DNA of 41,487 nt, taken from a virus. Below are positions 1-8,496 of this stretch, in pieces. The notes below the pieces were generated by a model. That model saw only the letters and a program-made list of their open reading frames with translations. It made no database searches and had not been told where the DNA came from. The DNA lies in the IMG/VR virus record IMGVR_UViG_3300022746_000007; one strand, given 5' to 3'. The stretch's first letter is position 1; each line of letters begins with the position of its first letter. Both the position numbers and the translations under genes were made by a program.

Positions 1-127
1 AATACCTGAATAACCTGAGTAACCAGAAATTCCTGAGAAGCCTGAAATACCAGACCAACCACTCCATCCACTAATGCCACTAAATCCTGACCATCCAGAG
101 ATACCACTATCTCCAGAATAACCAGAA
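1..127. repeat. Terminal direct overlap, identical to 41361-41487; implies a circularly closed or permuted genome of 41360 unique bp
   Basis: Direct reading: aatacctgaataacctgagtaaccagaaattcctgag...ctccagaataaccagaa is present at both window ends, 127/127 identical. Confidence 0.95.
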
Positions 128-975
128 ATACCAGACCATCCGCTTATGCCTGAGTAGCCACTATATCCGCTAATTCCACTATACCCAGAGAATCCACTTT
201 CGCCACTCCATCCTGAAATACCAGAAAAACCAGAATAACCTGATACTCCAGAACCAGAGTAACCACTAAATCCTGAAATACCGCTATCACCTGAGTATCC
301 TGAGATTCCAGAAAAACCTGAATATCCGCTAATACCAGACCATCCAGAAATACCTGAGAATCCACTAATGCCAGAATAACCACTAAATCCACTAATTCCT
401 GAATCGCCAGAGAAGCCAGAGATACCACTCCAACCTGACCATCCAGACATACCTGAATCACCGCTATAACCGCTAATACCACTAAATCCACTATAGCCTG
501 AAATGCCAGAATAACCTGAGTATCCTGAGAAGCCTGATGCACCAACTATCTGACCTGCATCAAACCATGCTGAACCATTCCATACCCATAAGTCACCATC
601 GGAAGTAACGATATAAGCATCATTGACATGATTGCCAGTCATAGGCAAATCATCAACGGTAGCTACTTCACCTTTAATGACAATGCTAGTACCTTGTTGT
701 CCGCTAAAGCCTGAAAAACCAGAGAATCCAGAAATCCCTGAATCTCCAGAATATCCAGAGATGCCAGAAAAGCCCGAGTAACCAGACATTCCAGAATATC
801 CTGAATATCCTGAGTAACCAGAATATCCATACAATCCTCTATCAAGATTGATAACTTGTCTAGGAGTAGGAATTACCTCAACATTAATGTTATGAGTTTC
901 TTGAACCTGTACAACAGTATCATTTACTTGAACATCGATATTATCAGGAGTACCTTTAGTGATTTTGACATCCAT
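1..975 (-). CDS. Tail fibre, N-terminal 325 codons of a 754-aa ORF that crosses the circular junction (continues 41360 -> 40071); Gly-X-Ser triplet repeats
   Basis: Minus-strand ATG at 975-973 with an in-frame stop just upstream (984-982). A codon-by-codon check of this frame from 975 to 1 finds no stop. Translation: MDVKITKGTPDNIDVQVNDTVVQVQETHNINVEVIPTPRQVINLDRGLYGYSGYSGYSGYSGMSGYSGFSGISGYSGDSG... The codon phase at base 1 joins the phase at 41360. Missing from the ORF track because it runs off the window edge. Confidence 0.85.
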   Translation of the reverse strand, partial: MDVKITKGTPDNIDVQVNDTVVQVQETHNINVEVIPTPRQVINLDRGLYGYSGYSGYSGYSGMSGYSGFSGISGYSGDSGISGFSGFSGFSGQQGTSIVIKGEVATVDDLPMTGNHVNDAYIVTSDGDLWVWNGSAWFDAGQIVGASGFSGYSGYSGISGYSGFSGISGYSGDSGMSGWSGWSGISGFSGDSGISGFSGYSGISGFSGISGWSGISGYSGFSGISGYSGDSGISGFSGYSGSGVSGYSGFSGISGWSGESGFSGYSGISGYSGYSGISGWSGISGYSGDSGISGWSGFSGISGWSGWSGISGFSGISGYSGYSGI

Positions 976-976
976 A

Positions 977-1456
977 TTAGTTCACCACGCCATCAGAACG
1001 AACCAAGAACAATAAGAAGATAATCTTATCTTGAGCAGGGTTTGTACCATCAGACGGGAAACTAATCTTAATTCGACCACTAAAAGCAACAGGATTTTCA
1101 GCAGCGATATTTAGTTCTGGGTCTGAAGAAATAACATTCCATGTATCTTCATCAATAACTAATGTGAAATAACCTAGAGCATCATCACGATTGACGATAG
1201 GCATAGAAACCGCAGGTGGCTCTGGGTCATAATCTTTAATATCGAAGCTTAATCCAGAGCGAGTATCAACTAGATTGTAGACTTCTCTACGAATAATTTG
1301 AGCATCAATAGTAACGCTAGTTAGGTCAATAGGAAGACCGTCAGTAGTTAATTGGATATTCCAAAAGTCATTCTGGTTATATACAAGCTCGCCAGCAATA
1401 CATTGATTGTTAAAACCACTTACTTGAGTGATTGTGTTCTTACTAAAAAGTGCCAT
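977..1456 (-). CDS. Hypothetical virion/fibre-associated protein (159 aa)
   Basis: ORF in the late operon; its stop at 977-979 lies one base from the fibre ATG; no motif recognised. Confidence 0.5.
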   Translation of the reverse strand: MALFSKNTITQVSGFNNQCIAGELVYNQNDFWNIQLTTDGLPIDLTSVTIDAQIIRREVYNLVDTRSGLSFDIKDYDPEPPAVSMPIVNRDDALGYFTLVIDEDTWNVISSDPELNIAAENPVAFSGRIKISFPSDGTNPAQDKIIFLLFLVRSDGVVN

Positions 1457-1539
1457 GATAGCTCCAGATTCTCGGTAAATTAGCTCTAAGCACTCTCAGA
1501 GCCATGCTTCATGTAGTATTTTGTTTTATATATTGTACA

Positions 1540-2037
1540 TTATTGTGCTGTAAAAACACCAATTTTACCTGTGCAATTTATTACACAAGGACTTTCTGCA
1601 AAGTATGAAGCTCCAGCAGGAAAACTATCAGAACCAACTAAATAATAATTTAATGGTACAGCTAATTGTCCAGCTAAAAGATTAACTTGACCATAAGAAT
1701 CAATACATTCATAAGTTATTATTCTTCCTTCTTGAGATGCACATAAGAAAGATGTAGTCTCTAAAGCAGTATATTTATAAGATGTATTTGGTGGGAATGG
1801 TACATCTAAATCTGGATACCAGTCCGTTCTTTTTGCTGAATCGCCACTATATACATCATAATCAAATTCACCAACTTTGATATTCAAAGCTCCATTAACA
1901 ACCATACTCCAATTATTAGTATTTTTAGGTAATGTTTTTGATGAATTTTCTATAATAAATTCTAAAGCATCATCTTTAGCAAAAATTATAGTATCTACAG
2001 TAAATTGTCCTACTATTGTTCTTTTAATATCTAACAT
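1540..2037 (-). CDS. Hypothetical structural-module protein (165 aa)
   Basis: ORF in the late operon between fibre genes; no motif recognised. Confidence 0.5.
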   Translation of the reverse strand: MLDIKRTIVGQFTVDTIIFAKDDALEFIIENSSKTLPKNTNNWSMVVNGALNIKVGEFDYDVYSGDSAKRTDWYPDLDVPFPPNTSYKYTALETTSFLCASQEGRIITYECIDSYGQVNLLAGQLAVPLNYYLVGSDSFPAGASYFAESPCVINCTGKIGVFTAQ

Positions 2038-2038
2038 A

Positions 2039-2305
2039 TTAAGCCTTAACAGTTATTGTTTTTGGTATAGACATATCAATAGGTTCTATATCAATAAATT
2101 GTTTAATAATTTCTTGTTTTAATTCATCCCATCTAGCTTTAGCAGAAATTAAATCAGAGAAATATTCATGCTCTCCAGAAAAAGTATTAAATACTTGAAA
2201 TTGGTCTTCTTCTGTAAAAGTATCTAAATCAACAGGCTGCCAAGAAGTATCTCCATTTTCATGTTCAATTTGCCTAACAGCAAACAATCTTTCATTTATT
2301 GTCAT
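2039..2305 (-). CDS. Hypothetical small acidic protein (88 aa)
   Basis: ATGA start/stop overlap with the upstream gene (2302-2305); late operon. Confidence 0.5.
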   Translation of the reverse strand: MTINERLFAVRQIEHENGDTSWQPVDLDTFTEEDQFQVFNTFSGEHEYFSDLISAKARWDELKQEIIKQFIDIEPIDMSIPKTITVKA

Positions 2306-3411
2306 GATACTGCTCCGTATGCTCTTGATGAACTAGATGAACCACCTGTCCAAGTTATTGTATATCCATTTAATGCAACAGCTTTACCACCTGCTGTACC
2401 TGCATTTTGAGCAGTTCCACTTGGTGCTGTACCATTACCACCAACTCCACCAGCAGAACCACCACTACCGCCAGTCCAAGTTCCAGATGTTGTTCCACCG
2501 CTTGTTAAGTAACCAGTACCACCAGAAGCTCCCCAACCACCACCACCACCTGAAGCACCAATATTATAAGAACCTTTTACTGCATTACCACCCATAGCAC
2601 CGCCACCGCCAGCACCACCACCTCTTCCGTAATCATAATAACCACCATCTGCTGAAACAGCTTTAGAGCCACCAGCACCGCCAGTTCCAGATAATATTCT
2701 ACCGCCACCACCACCAGAAGCGTATGCACTAACCACATTACCATTACCACCAGAAGCACCAACACCACCACCAGAACCACCAGTTGTTTGTGTTTGAATA
2801 TATCCACCAACACCACCACCAGCACCACCACCGCCAGCAGAACTGATGCTACTTACAGCACCAACACCACCAGCACCACCACCGCCACCAATATATCCAG
2901 ATGTATTTGTAACAGTTGTACTAAATCCTAAAGATAATGCTAATGAACCTGCTGTAGCTGATGTAGCTAATCCACCACTACTATTATAAATAGCACCATT
3001 ACCACCTAGACCCATAATGTAACCATTGTTTACCAAAGTTACAGTATCTCCAGATGTGCCACCAGACAATGTCAATCCAGCAGTTCCATTTGATGTTGAA
3101 TATAAATAAATACCACTATTGATTGTGACAGTAATATCTGATTTACCAGCTACATATCCACCAAGAGATGCCACATTTAAAGAAGCATTTGCTGTATTTG
3201 AACTAAATGTGTAAGAAACAGTCGCTCTATTAGATTTACCATAAAAATTAGTTGGCATTGTAATAGCACCACTAGGAACTCCAGCCAATGCTCTTACATT
3301 AGTATCATTCAAACTAATTTGAGTTGTACCATTACCACCCAATTCAATTTCAATAGATTGTCCCGCTGTTGTTCCAGCAAGACTAATCTGACCTGAAGAA
3401 TTCATTGTCAT
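2302..3411 (-). CDS. Glycine-rich tail fibre-like protein (369 aa)
   Basis: The N-terminus MTMNSSGQISLAGTTAGQSIEIELGG...TNVRALAGVPSGAITMPTNFYGKSN resembles a conserved N-terminal module seen in environmental phage fibre proteins. The C-terminal half is long GGGGAGG/SGG tracts. Position is downstream of the J-like protein. Confidence 0.6.
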   Translation of the reverse strand: MTMNSSGQISLAGTTAGQSIEIELGGNGTTQISLNDTNVRALAGVPSGAITMPTNFYGKSNRATVSYTFSSNTANASLNVASLGGYVAGKSDITVTINSGIYLYSTSNGTAGLTLSGGTSGDTVTLVNNGYIMGLGGNGAIYNSSGGLATSATAGSLALSLGFSTTVTNTSGYIGGGGGAGGVGAVSSISSAGGGGAGGGVGGYIQTQTTGGSGGGVGASGGNGNVVSAYASGGGGGRILSGTGGAGGSKAVSADGGYYDYGRGGGAGGGGAMGGNAVKGSYNIGASGGGGGWGASGGTGYLTSGGTTSGTWTGGSGGSAGGVGGNGTAPSGTAQNAGTAGGKAVALNGYTITWTGGSSSSSRAYGAVS

Positions 3412-3413
3412 AA

Positions 3414-3662
3414 TTAAGGAGTTCCGTAAGCTGAAATATTAGCCAATGATGTTATGCTTCCACCGCTATCCATTGATGCAATTAATGTTCCACCATAATA
3501 AAAACAGAGTTTTCCAGCGACTTCTTCAATAGTAAAATTAGCTGTTGCCAAAATTACAGCATTAGTCGCATTTGGTACGGCACCAGTTACAGCAGAGCCA
3601 CTTAATTGTCCTGCTGAGTTTACATGATTTGCTAATTGGCTTAAATTAAATGCTTGTGTCAT
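3414..3662 (-). CDS. Small fibre-associated protein (82 aa)
   Basis: The N-terminus FNLSQLANHVNSAGQL is typical of phage fibre N-terminal modules; ATGA overlap with the J-like gene. Confidence 0.5.
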   Translation of the reverse strand: MTQAFNLSQLANHVNSAGQLSGSAVTGAVPNATNAVILATANFTIEEVAGKLCFYYGGTLIASMDSGGSITSLANISAYGTP

Positions 3663-6600
3663 ACTGCACCTGTCCTTGAGAAAGTTTGTTGTCCTAATAC
3701 ATTCAATGTACTTGTTGGTGAAGTCGCTAAAGTATAGCTTCCAGTTGTAACTGAATAATCTACTGTCTCTAGTTGCATAACACCATTATTATATAAGTTA
3801 AAGGCATTGGGGTCAAAACTAAAGTTATAATTTGATTGACCTATAACCGTATTAACATCCAAGTTTACTGGATTTCCGTTAGGCTGATTTAAGTTATTTT
3901 GAGACCATTGAATAATCTCTAAATCACCTGTTACTGCACTATTAAATGTAATTGTTTGACCAGTAATATTGTAATCAGATGCCATTACAGCAACACCGTT
4001 CAGGAACATAAATTCATATCCATTATTTAGGGTAAACCCTGATGCTGTATATGATGCCTGATTTGATAATGAAACCGCATTTCTTGTAAATGAATTATAT
4101 GTCGCAAAAGTAGAAGAATTAATTGATTTCATGCTAATGATAGTAATAATATCCCCAGCAGTTCTTCCTGTTCCAAATGTTACATTACCTGAATTGTCTG
4201 TATATTCACTAGGGTTTAGTATTAATCCATTTTCAAATACAAGACAGTTTCCAGTAACATAACCAGCACCACGACTAACTGAAAATACAGTTTGACCTGA
4301 CGATGCTGAATATGCTGTCATAGAATAATAAAAACTATCTGGAGCAGCAATACCAACAATACGACCATAAATATCTGCTGTAATAGTGCCTGCCACAAAT
4401 GTTTTCTGATATACACCAGTACCAAAATCCAATAACTGAGCCAATGAAGCAATAATCTGACCTTGATTATCATTAGTAATAGCAATTTCACCAGTTCCTA
4501 CAGTAGTAGTTCCTGTCTGAATTAATTGTCCAGTACGCTGTGATAAATCAATAATATTTGTACCAGTTGGCAATCCATTCCAAATAGATATGTCATAGTT
4601 AATTGCATCAATTGGTACATATCTACCAGAACCAGCAGCTTGCGATATTCCACCAACACCATAACTAATTGCATTAGAACCACGAGTGCAATATAACAAA
4701 TAGTTTGAAGAACCAAATGTTGCTGGATACCAAACATAATCTGAGGGATTTGAACTAGGTACTGTAGTGGTTTGATTAGAAATACCAAAATATGTTTTGC
4801 CTGCTGGACTAAAGTCAAATCCTGCTCCAGTATTACTTGTTCCATAAGCGACAGCTAAATATCTTTCAGGATACCTAAATGTCATTGGTCTCCATTGGAA
4901 TAATGTACTTGGTGGGCTATAAATAGAAGAGCCAAGGCTATTTACCATTCTACTAAAGAAGTACCAATTGCCAGCAGGAATGTCTGTTAAATAAATTAAT
5001 GGTAATGATGTATTAATATCATAAGGATTACCATTAGCTTGTATTTCTGTAGTACCTGCAAATAACATTTGGTCTGATGTTGGCGATGCGTATGCTGAAT
5101 ACCATAATTCTGCATATTGTGTAATTCCAGAAGAACTTGATGTTATTCTTACAGAAAATGTTGGGGTAGCAGCTACAGGATATTGTGAAATTACAGCAGG
5201 AGATGTAAGAGTACCGAAAAATGTTGGGTCTCCAAGACCAGTATTAGGTACAGTCGCAAACTGTGTAATTGGAGCATCATTGTATACTGATGGGTTATAT
5301 TCCATCAATGTTAATGAGACTGTAACAATTCCATTATTATCAATATTTTGGACACACTTACCAATTCTAAATAATTTATTTACCCAGCCATAATTAGAAT
5401 TTGTTAATGTAACCACATCTCCAGCTTCTAATTGAAGACCACTAAAATCTACTTGAACTTGAACCTGTAAATCTTCTCTACATGATTTCAAGAATCTTGT
5501 TGCTAAATATTGCGCTCTTACATCATTATTTACTAATGGTAAATTAATAGTCTGTTTATTTACAGGCTCATTAGGATAAAGCAATGATGGTGCTATTTCT
5601 GCCAAATCAAATATTGCTGTATTGAAAGCGTCTTGTTGAGATTTATCTGGGAACTGTACTTCAGCAATATTATATGAAGCTGCAATATCCAATGGTGTAA
5701 TTTGAATAGCGGAAACAATATTGCTATCATTTAATGCTAAAGCTACAGAATAACTTGGGGTTTGAACAATAGTACCCCATTTACCTGTTATCTCATTGTA
5801 TTTAATTAAACAATCACAACAAGAAGCCATATCTTGTAAGTTATCCATCACAATTCTAGATGTATCAATTACACCATCGAATTTAAATCTAGGAATAGTA
5901 CCAGTACCACCAGTATTAGGAGTATAGTAAAAAGTTTGATTACTATAAGATGTTAAATCGGCAAGACTGGCTGTATCAATTTGAGATGTTGGGATAGCAC
6001 AACCATATATAGTATTTGTTAAATAATCATAAATAACATCACCAGTATTTGTTCTAGTATTTATAATTTGAAATCTAGTTTGTTGTAATGCTGAAATACT
6101 TGCTTTTTGGCTGTATGTCAAATGAACAATTGCAAAAACACAATTACTCATTAATTTATTAGAATCCCATGTATATGTTAATCCAGCACTCTGCATAACA
6201 TCTATGGCTGACAATGTTGAATTTACAGGATTATTAGAGCCATTGTTATAAAGGAATATTTGAATCTTACCTGCTACAGTTGTATCAACTACACCAGTAG
6301 ATTCATCAGTTAATGATGCAACAGTATATCCATCTGTATCAAAGGCAACCTTTTTACCACTATAGTAAATATCGCCAAATGAAATAGTATCTGACCCAGT
6401 ACCAGTAACTTCACATAAAGCAAGAACATAATACATTTCTTGATTATTCTGTGAAATACTAAGGTCAATACCTGTGCCACCGACATAAGCAGTACCATAA
6501 ACAATAGGTAATTTGTTATTAGTTGCTGGAGCTAATTGCTGTCTATTTCCTAAATTAGCAGACATTCCAGATGGGTCAAATGTTTGTGGACTAAAGAAAG

Positions 6601-6796
6601 CTTTAGAAATAATGGTAGATGCCACCATATTGATAGCAAAAGCTACCGCAGTTCCCCAAATAGTTAAAGTACCACCTGAAACAAGTATCCCACCGATAAC
6701 TTCAGCAGCAATAATAGAACCAATAGCAAATGCAGATGTTGTAAAAGTTATCAGGCTTAAAAAAGCAAATATAAACTTAAACATTACTGCACCCAA
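3659..6796 (-). CDS. Tail tip / host-specificity protein (lambda gpJ-like central fibre), 1045 aa, with a hydrophobic Gly-rich N-terminal segment
   Basis: Largest tail ORF downstream of the tape measure and tip genes. NRQQLAPATNNKLPIVYGTAYVGG resembles the conserved P-V-V-Y-G motif near the start of gpJ-type proteins. The first ~70 aa are hydrophobic. Confidence 0.6.
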   Translation of the reverse strand: MGAVMFKFIFAFLSLITFTTSAFAIGSIIAAEVIGGILVSGGTLTIWGTAVAFAINMVASTIISKAFFSPQTFDPSGMSANLGNRQQLAPATNNKLPIVYGTAYVGGTGIDLSISQNNQEMYYVLALCEVTGTGSDTISFGDIYYSGKKVAFDTDGYTVASLTDESTGVVDTTVAGKIQIFLYNNGSNNPVNSTLSAIDVMQSAGLTYTWDSNKLMSNCVFAIVHLTYSQKASISALQQTRFQIINTRTNTGDVIYDYLTNTIYGCAIPTSQIDTASLADLTSYSNQTFYYTPNTGGTGTIPRFKFDGVIDTSRIVMDNLQDMASCCDCLIKYNEITGKWGTIVQTPSYSVALALNDSNIVSAIQITPLDIAASYNIAEVQFPDKSQQDAFNTAIFDLAEIAPSLLYPNEPVNKQTINLPLVNNDVRAQYLATRFLKSCREDLQVQVQVDFSGLQLEAGDVVTLTNSNYGWVNKLFRIGKCVQNIDNNGIVTVSLTLMEYNPSVYNDAPITQFATVPNTGLGDPTFFGTLTSPAVISQYPVAATPTFSVRITSSSSGITQYAELWYSAYASPTSDQMLFAGTTEIQANGNPYDINTSLPLIYLTDIPAGNWYFFSRMVNSLGSSIYSPPSTLFQWRPMTFRYPERYLAVAYGTSNTGAGFDFSPAGKTYFGISNQTTTVPSSNPSDYVWYPATFGSSNYLLYCTRGSNAISYGVGGISQAAGSGRYVPIDAINYDISIWNGLPTGTNIIDLSQRTGQLIQTGTTTVGTGEIAITNDNQGQIIASLAQLLDFGTGVYQKTFVAGTITADIYGRIVGIAAPDSFYYSMTAYSASSGQTVFSVSRGAGYVTGNCLVFENGLILNPSEYTDNSGNVTFGTGRTAGDIITIISMKSINSSTFATYNSFTRNAVSLSNQASYTASGFTLNNGYEFMFLNGVAVMASDYNITGQTITFNSAVTGDLEIIQWSQNNLNQPNGNPVNLDVNTVIGQSNYNFSFDPNAFNLYNNGVMQLETVDYSVTTGSYTLATSPTSTLNVLGQQTFSRTGAV

Positions 6797-7218
6797 CTTT
6801 CATCTAGTTTAGAAAAGCCAAACTTATCGTATTTGATGTCAGGACTAGAAATCATTTTAGCTATTGTAAACATAATGATTCGACCCTCATCCTTCATCTT
6901 TTTACCATATTCTGTATATGATTTTAACAGTCTATACCCTGTTGTGGAATGTCTTTTATCAGGTTTTACATACCAAGCTAACTCATGAAGGGTGAATTTA
7001 GTATCGTCCCAAATGCAAGGTACTGTAATACCCATTATAAGACCAACATTTTCTTCAATAAATATGATGCCTTTTCCAGCTAATATGGTATCAAGAAGAC
7101 GATTCCAGTAATCAGGGTTATCCAATACTTGATATTGAGGAATTGGGCTTTCATTTCTAAATGCCTTCATCATCTCTATTATTGCTGTTTTATCGTATTT
7201 GTTAGCTTGTCTTATCAT
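6784..7218 (-). CDS. GNAT-fold N-acetyltransferase-like protein embedded in the tail-tip module (144 aa)
   Basis: IRQANKYDKTAIIEMMKAF... N-terminus, WYVKPDKRHSTTGYRLLKSYTEYGKKM (acetyl-CoA-binding-like segment) and YDKFGFSKL C-terminus follow the GNAT pattern. Confidence 0.5.
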   Translation of the reverse strand: MIRQANKYDKTAIIEMMKAFRNESPIPQYQVLDNPDYWNRLLDTILAGKGIIFIEENVGLIMGITVPCIWDDTKFTLHELAWYVKPDKRHSTTGYRLLKSYTEYGKKMKDEGRIIMFTIAKMISSPDIKYDKFGFSKLDESWVQ

Positions 7219-7820
7219 GAGCCTGCTGGAGCATCCTTACCAAAGTAATAGTTAGCTGTGGCTGCAAAAGCAACCCTATTCATAGATGTATCATTAGGTG
7301 TATAGAAAGTCCAAGAGCTATTATTAGTAAATCTACCTGCTGTTCTATTTCTCAAGATAATCTGGATAGATGCAGCATTTACTGTAATAGTTCCAATATA
7401 CATTCTGGCTTCTTCCATCCATTGCTCGGAGATGGCAAAGCTATTGATATATCCATTAAAAAACTGGTAAAGACCACCAGAACCACCAGTAGTAATTAAT
7501 TGATTATTTGAATCAAAGAACCCATGCCAAGCTTCAATCTGGCATCCTTTGACATTTTGACCAAGAATCCATCCAAGCATCGCTGTATCAATACCGACTA
7601 ATGTAAAGCTAGTTTCATTAGCAGTAGATTTAATATCTCGTTGAACCTGACCAATGCTAATAAGCTGACCTACTGCTGCAAATGGCTGTGAATCTACTTC
7701 TGGTACTGTAATTGATACAGGAGTAGTAGCAAATAAATATGTTGTCGTAGGAGTTGTAATCCTGACAAAATCTGCCATCCTAATTGTATTAGTGCCAACA
7801 ACAGGTGCAATTGGATTCAT
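7215..7820 (-). CDS. Minor tail / tail-tip hub protein (lambda gpL- or GTA g13-like by position)
   Basis: Second ORF after the tape measure; 201 aa; overlapping stops and starts with its neighbours. Confidence 0.4.
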   Translation of the reverse strand: MNPIAPVVGTNTIRMADFVRITTPTTTYLFATTPVSITVPEVDSQPFAAVGQLISIGQVQRDIKSTANETSFTLVGIDTAMLGWILGQNVKGCQIEAWHGFFDSNNQLITTGGSGGLYQFFNGYINSFAISEQWMEEARMYIGTITVNAASIQIILRNRTAGRFTNNSSWTFYTPNDTSMNRVAFAATANYYFGKDAPAGS

Positions 7821-8494
7821 AGAACGACCTCAAATGCTTTAAATGAGCCATCCCATTGTACAAATGAATCATTAGTCATAGGTATAAGAGTATATGTCGG
7901 ATATGCTCTTAATAATACAGGGAAAGTGATTCCAGTATATGTATTTCCACCAAGTGCTTGAGTTGTACCATATTGACCGATTACTGCATTAGATAAAGTT
8001 ACTGTAGTTAAAATAGTTCTATGAACTGGAATACTTACAGTAGACCCAGAACCTCTTTGAATATCAGCAGTTGCAATATAAGCATATCGTCCAATTTGTA
8101 GGAAATCTCCAGTCTTGACAATGTAAGCTGTAGATGCAATAGAAGGAAGACTTCCTAATACAATAATCTTTCCTGAACTAGATGTCTGGTACTGACAAGC
8201 TGAAATCTGAGCAGAAGTCATATCACCCTGATAGGCAATATAATTCAACCATCCAGTAGCACCAAAATTAAGATATTGTTCGTTAATCTTATCGTTTACC
8301 CTAAGTGTAGACAATACGCTTCTATTCTTTGCATAAGACAAATAGTTCATTGGCTTGATGTCAAAGGAGAATGGCTGAACACTTAGTAATTCAGATACGC
8401 TAATTCTTTGGTTACGACTTAATACTTGACCAACAAACTTTTGGTCATTGATACCAACAGATTCAGCGATAGATAAAATCGTATTTAATGACAT
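7817..8494 (-). CDS. Distal tail protein candidate (225 aa)
   Basis: First ORF after the tape measure; assigned by position only. Confidence 0.4.
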   Translation of the reverse strand: MSLNTILSIAESVGINDQKFVGQVLSRNQRISVSELLSVQPFSFDIKPMNYLSYAKNRSVLSTLRVNDKINEQYLNFGATGWLNYIAYQGDMTSAQISACQYQTSSSGKIIVLGSLPSIASTAYIVKTGDFLQIGRYAYIATADIQRGSGSTVSIPVHRTILTTVTLSNAVIGQYGTTQALGGNTYTGITFPVLLRAYPTYTLIPMTNDSFVQWDGSFKAFEVVL

Positions 8495-8496
8495 AT

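Noticed and set aside
144-545. Listed minus-strand ORF (133 aa, MVHQASQDTQVILAFQ...), with similar ORFs at 663..845, 40826..41086 and 41258..41467
   Set aside because: These are out-of-frame readings of the Gly-X-Ser repeat array. All three minus frames lack stops there because of the 9-nt periodic composition. The frame giving G-X-S triplets is the one continuous from the ATG at 975 to the stop at 40071.
1-840. Short-period tandem repeats that might be mistaken for a CRISPR array or a satellite
   Set aside because: The period is 9 nt (three codons) with no spacer-like unique segments. The array is fully coding in one frame.
1483-1502. Hairpin gctct-N10-agagc between 1540..2037 and 977..1456
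   Set aside because: The stem is only 5 bp with no U-tract, which is too weak to call a terminator.
2337-2831. ORFs 2337..2597 (+) and 2577..2831 (-) with His/Leu-rich or Val/Leu-rich translations
   Set aside because: They lie entirely inside the glycine-rich gene 2302..3411 and are alternative-frame artefacts of its ggt/acc-rich low-complexity DNA.
4522-6812. ORFs 4522..4845 (-), 6310..6504 (-) and 6513..6812 (+)
   Set aside because: They are embedded in, or antisense to, the 1045-aa J-like gene. Their composition is implausible and they have no start context.
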